This document shows positions 62,101 to 64,000 of a stretch of 64,000 bases of DNA, piece by piece. The stretch spans positions 24,738,001-24,802,000 of the forward strand of contig CM074518.1 in assembly GCA_037379345.1 (NCBI GenBank), written 5' to 3'. The notes beneath the pieces are model-generated. The model was not told the origin of the DNA and ran no database searches. It saw only the letters and a list, made by a program, of their open reading frames with translations. Numbering within the stretch: position 1 is the stretch's first letter; every line of letters starts with the position of its first letter. The position numbers and the translations under genes were made by a program. This DNA comes from Perna viridis. Taxonomy: Eukaryota.

Positions 62101-63482
62101 AAAATTAAAAAAAAATAATAATTTGTAAAACTAAGAGGGTTAGTCATACCAGAATGGCTAAGGGGGTAAGGTTAGTTTGGCAGAAAAAGGCAAGAAAAAC
62201 TTACTTGACCCCCTTAGTCATGATGGCATGACTAATCCCCATAGTAGATATAAGTTCTATAAATATTTGTTTTACTTACTTTCTTTAATCCAAAATAATT
62301 CCACATTCAAGTAATACCTTGTTTGATTGCATTTACTGCTAAAAAATGGCTAAATTTCAGCATGCTTCAAATGTTGAACAAAAAATAATCCAAATTCTCC
62401 ATAATAAAATGTTCACATCTTCAATATATACAGAAACATTGTGCAAAGTTTGAACAATAGTGGTTTAATCCTTTTTGAGTGACTGATCACAAAAAGTAGG
62501 TACTCCTTAGCCTGATGGACAGAGTCTAGAAGCTACTAGACTACTTTCACCTTTGGTGTCGCAGGTAAAAATAGAAAATCTCATTCATTGTATTATGTGC
62601 CATATACTTGTGTGCTGCAATAGTAATATTGTTTTATTTCTATGTCCCATGAAGAACTATATTTAATTTTACAAAATTTTAAAGAAATTTCATAAAGGAA
62701 GTGACCAAGTTTAAACTATAATAGGAAATTTAATGCAATAAAAGAGGCAATTGACATATCAAAGGAAATTATGACATTGTGATGCCATTCCTCTGCTCCT
62801 TCATCATAACTATTTGGCACTACCAAGTCAAAAGTACAATCAGAAATTAAATTTAACGAGAATGGATATGGTGAATATGTCAAAGAGACAACAATCCCAC
62901 CTGGATGAAATATGTCAGCTCAAGGCCCAAGTTTGTTTTTTGCCGACAAAAGTCTATGTCTCCCCTTTCCTCAATCAAAAGGGTAAAATTCACACAAAAT
63001 TTCAGTCAATCATAAAATCTTGGTATTATGCATACCAACACATCATGTGCAAACCACCAACAAAGTTTCATAAAATTTGGTGGTATATTTTCCAAGATGT
63101 TGTTACACTTACAAAAGTGTGACAGACAGACAGGGCAAAAACAATATGTCATCCCACCAAAGTTGAGCCATATATCAATAAGAACAGCCTATATGAACAG
63201 AAATTGAAGAAAGTGAAACCTATTCCAAGAGTCATAAAACGTTGAAATGCTATAACAAATCACAAAATATATTCTGCATTTACTGACAAGCTTAGACGAA
63301 GTTTTTTAAGTTGTAAGTTTTTTTTGACATTTTATGATTTTTCAAGGTTCTGTAATACATTAAAGAGAAATTATACTTAGATGTCTTCAGCCTCACTTTG
63401 GAGATCATGTGATCAGAACAATATCCTGCTATGAAACTTCCCACAATGCCACCAACTTCCACACTACTGACAAAGCCACTTC
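59181..63482 (-). CDS. SLC37A4: Glucose-6-phosphate exchanger SLC37A4-like MFS transporter, last four exons (5'-partial)
   Basis: complement(join(59181..59359,60255..60393,61802..61915,63397..63482)). Translation: GSGFVSSVEVGGIVGSFIAGYCSDHMISK / NSSVPQHLVRKTLWIHFIIILAAALYCFSLLIDTHSSK / VVITLIGFMVGLATYGPISIAGVIAIEAAPQSISGTTYAVAALFSN / IGVFMAGLPLSSIAKAYNLQTTFLLLA...KVFLMR*. It resembles G6PT motifs as I recall them (EVGGLVGSIAAGYLSD, YGPIALFGVIANESAP, GGFLAGLPFSTIAK). All junctions are GT-AG and in phase. Confidence 0.87.
60873..61002. repeat. Imperfect palindrome of about 130 bp (hairpin element) in an SLC37A4 intron
   Basis: TTTACATGGCATAA..GGCCCTGGTATCAT..CCCATAT..GGGCT AAA AGCCC..ATATGGG..ATGATACCGGGGC..TTATGCCAGGTAAA. 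Confidence 0.7.
62131..62244. repeat. Imperfect palindrome of about 115 bp in an SLC37A4 intron
   Basis: GGGTTAGTCATACCA..ATGGCTAAGGGGGT ... ACCCCCTTAGTCAT.ATGGCATGACTAATCCC. Confidence 0.7.
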
Positions 63483-64000
63483 CTGAAATAACAAGGGAAA
63501 TGTTAATGAAAACACATAGCATTCATTGACCTTTACCTTAAACCTAAAAACTATTGAAATTTTTAATTATTAATCATCTATCTCAGACAACTAGTGCAAA
63601 ATACTACAGGAGTTTTGGTTAGAAGGAAATGAAAGATGGGTTTTACTTGTCAAAAGCTAAAATGTACATAATGCTTAAAGTAGAACAAACCTATTATATG
63701 GAGCATTCTTTTCTGTCATCTTGCAAAATCATACAGAAGTAAATGAAATGTCTCTAAATTATTCAGAAAGAATTTTTTGCATGAAACTACATGTTTAAAT
63801 GGAAAAATTACAAACATTAATTTTAAGAACCTTCTTTCAAGGAGAAGATAATTAGCGGGAAAATGTTCTATAGAAAAATAATGAGAATTTTTGGTTTCTT
63901 TAATATTAAAAGAGAAAAAATTAAGTGACACCTAATTTTCTTTTTGAAATATAAAATAATGTCAGATAAGTGTTCTTTATACAAATTTTTGAGAAATTTT

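Overview
AT-rich, CpG-poor eukaryotic genomic DNA with spliceosomal GT-AG introns. The repeat families suggest a bivalve mollusc (inference). Positions 1-56363 (+) hold the 3' part of one giant MAM and LDL-receptor class A domain-containing (MALRD-type) type I membrane protein gene. I traced 55 exons by hand. They total 19656 nt, i.e. 6551 codons plus a stop, with consistent phases, and the 5' end lies outside the window. The encoded part has about 33 MAM domains, about 20 LDLa modules, an EGF domain, one TM helix and a tail with two NPxY motifs. The most unusual structures are: (1) a single 10440-nt internal exon (29530-39969) among exons of mostly 90-260 nt; (2) a ~1600-aa super-repeat (3 LDLa + 9 MAM) present once with 29 introns and once with none, pointing to block intron loss; (3) recurrent tandem duplications anchored on splice donor sites in both genes. 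The last four exons of a convergent SLC37A4-like (glucose-6-phosphate exchanger) gene lie on the minus strand at 59181-63482. Introns and the intergenic region carry MITEs, hairpin elements, Penelope-like retroelement 3' ends, a SINE, Helentron/HINE-like elements and minisatellites. There is a 128-N assembly gap. I found no CRISPR array, rRNA, tRNA gene or prokaryotic-type system. All coordinates and family assignments come from reading by eye.
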